Shown: one piece after another, positions 31,968-32,000 of the stretch
Layout: every line of letters begins with the position of its first letter
Numbering within the stretch: the stretch's first letter is position 1
Sequence record: NC_004684.1
DNA length: 32,000 bases
DNA from: Mycobacterium phage Rosebush
Reading direction: 5' to 3' (one strand)
Program-made: the position numbers and the translations under genes
The notes under the pieces: generated by a model
Databases searched by the model: none
Seen by the model: the letters and a program-made list of their open reading frames with translations, nothing else
What the model was told of the DNA's origin: nothing

Positions 31968-32000
31968 CTCGAACCACCTCTATCGCGGGGTGCGGGCCAC

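Noticed and set aside
1-32000. tRNA genes, integrase/att core, transposons, retrons or diversity-generating retroelement
   Set aside because: No cloverleaf, recombinase, transposase or reverse-transcriptase motif was recognised on either strand; temperate lifestyle therefore cannot be asserted from this window.

Overview
This window is part of a double-stranded DNA bacteriophage genome with high GC content and an actinobacteriophage-like siphovirus organisation. From left to right it contains: a rightward tail-fibre/minor-tail module (about 1-9.35 kb); two small leftward HTH genes and a leftward zinc-motif gene (9.35-10.8 kb); a rightward lysis cassette with a two-domain endolysin and a 2-TM holin-like protein (10.9-12.96 kb); a strong bidirectional terminator (13.03 kb); a leftward replication/recombination module (13.08-23.94 kb) with a Cas4/RecB-like nuclease, an SF2 helicase, a secreted small protein, a primase-polymerase/RepA-like helicase fusion and a family A DNA polymerase; an AT-richer regulatory hub (24.1-24.83 kb); a rightward accessory block (24.8-28.5 kb) with RHH and HTH proteins; and a leftward block of small genes (28.4-31.97 kb) with an HNH endonuclease, a HicA-like protein and several Cys-pair proteins. 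No integrase, tRNA, CRISPR array, IS element or defence operon could be supported. The most interesting signal is non-coding. A family of six palindromic promoter/operator sites (consensus about GACAATRC-N12/13-GYATTGTC, overlapping a sigma70-like -35/-10 with 17-18 nt spacing) is scattered over 20 kb on both strands. Three of them are fused to a nearly identical leader in which a GGCGGG/CCCGCC hairpin starts exactly 11 nt after the -10, including a 35-nt exact repeat 20.6 kb apart. Other signals include a perfect-consensus TTGACA-N18-TATAAT promoter in the hub, leaderless-type promoters, a 53-aa Cys-rich ORF absent from the ORF track, a tail protein with 20-aa tandem repeats, and three tandem related genes in the tail region.
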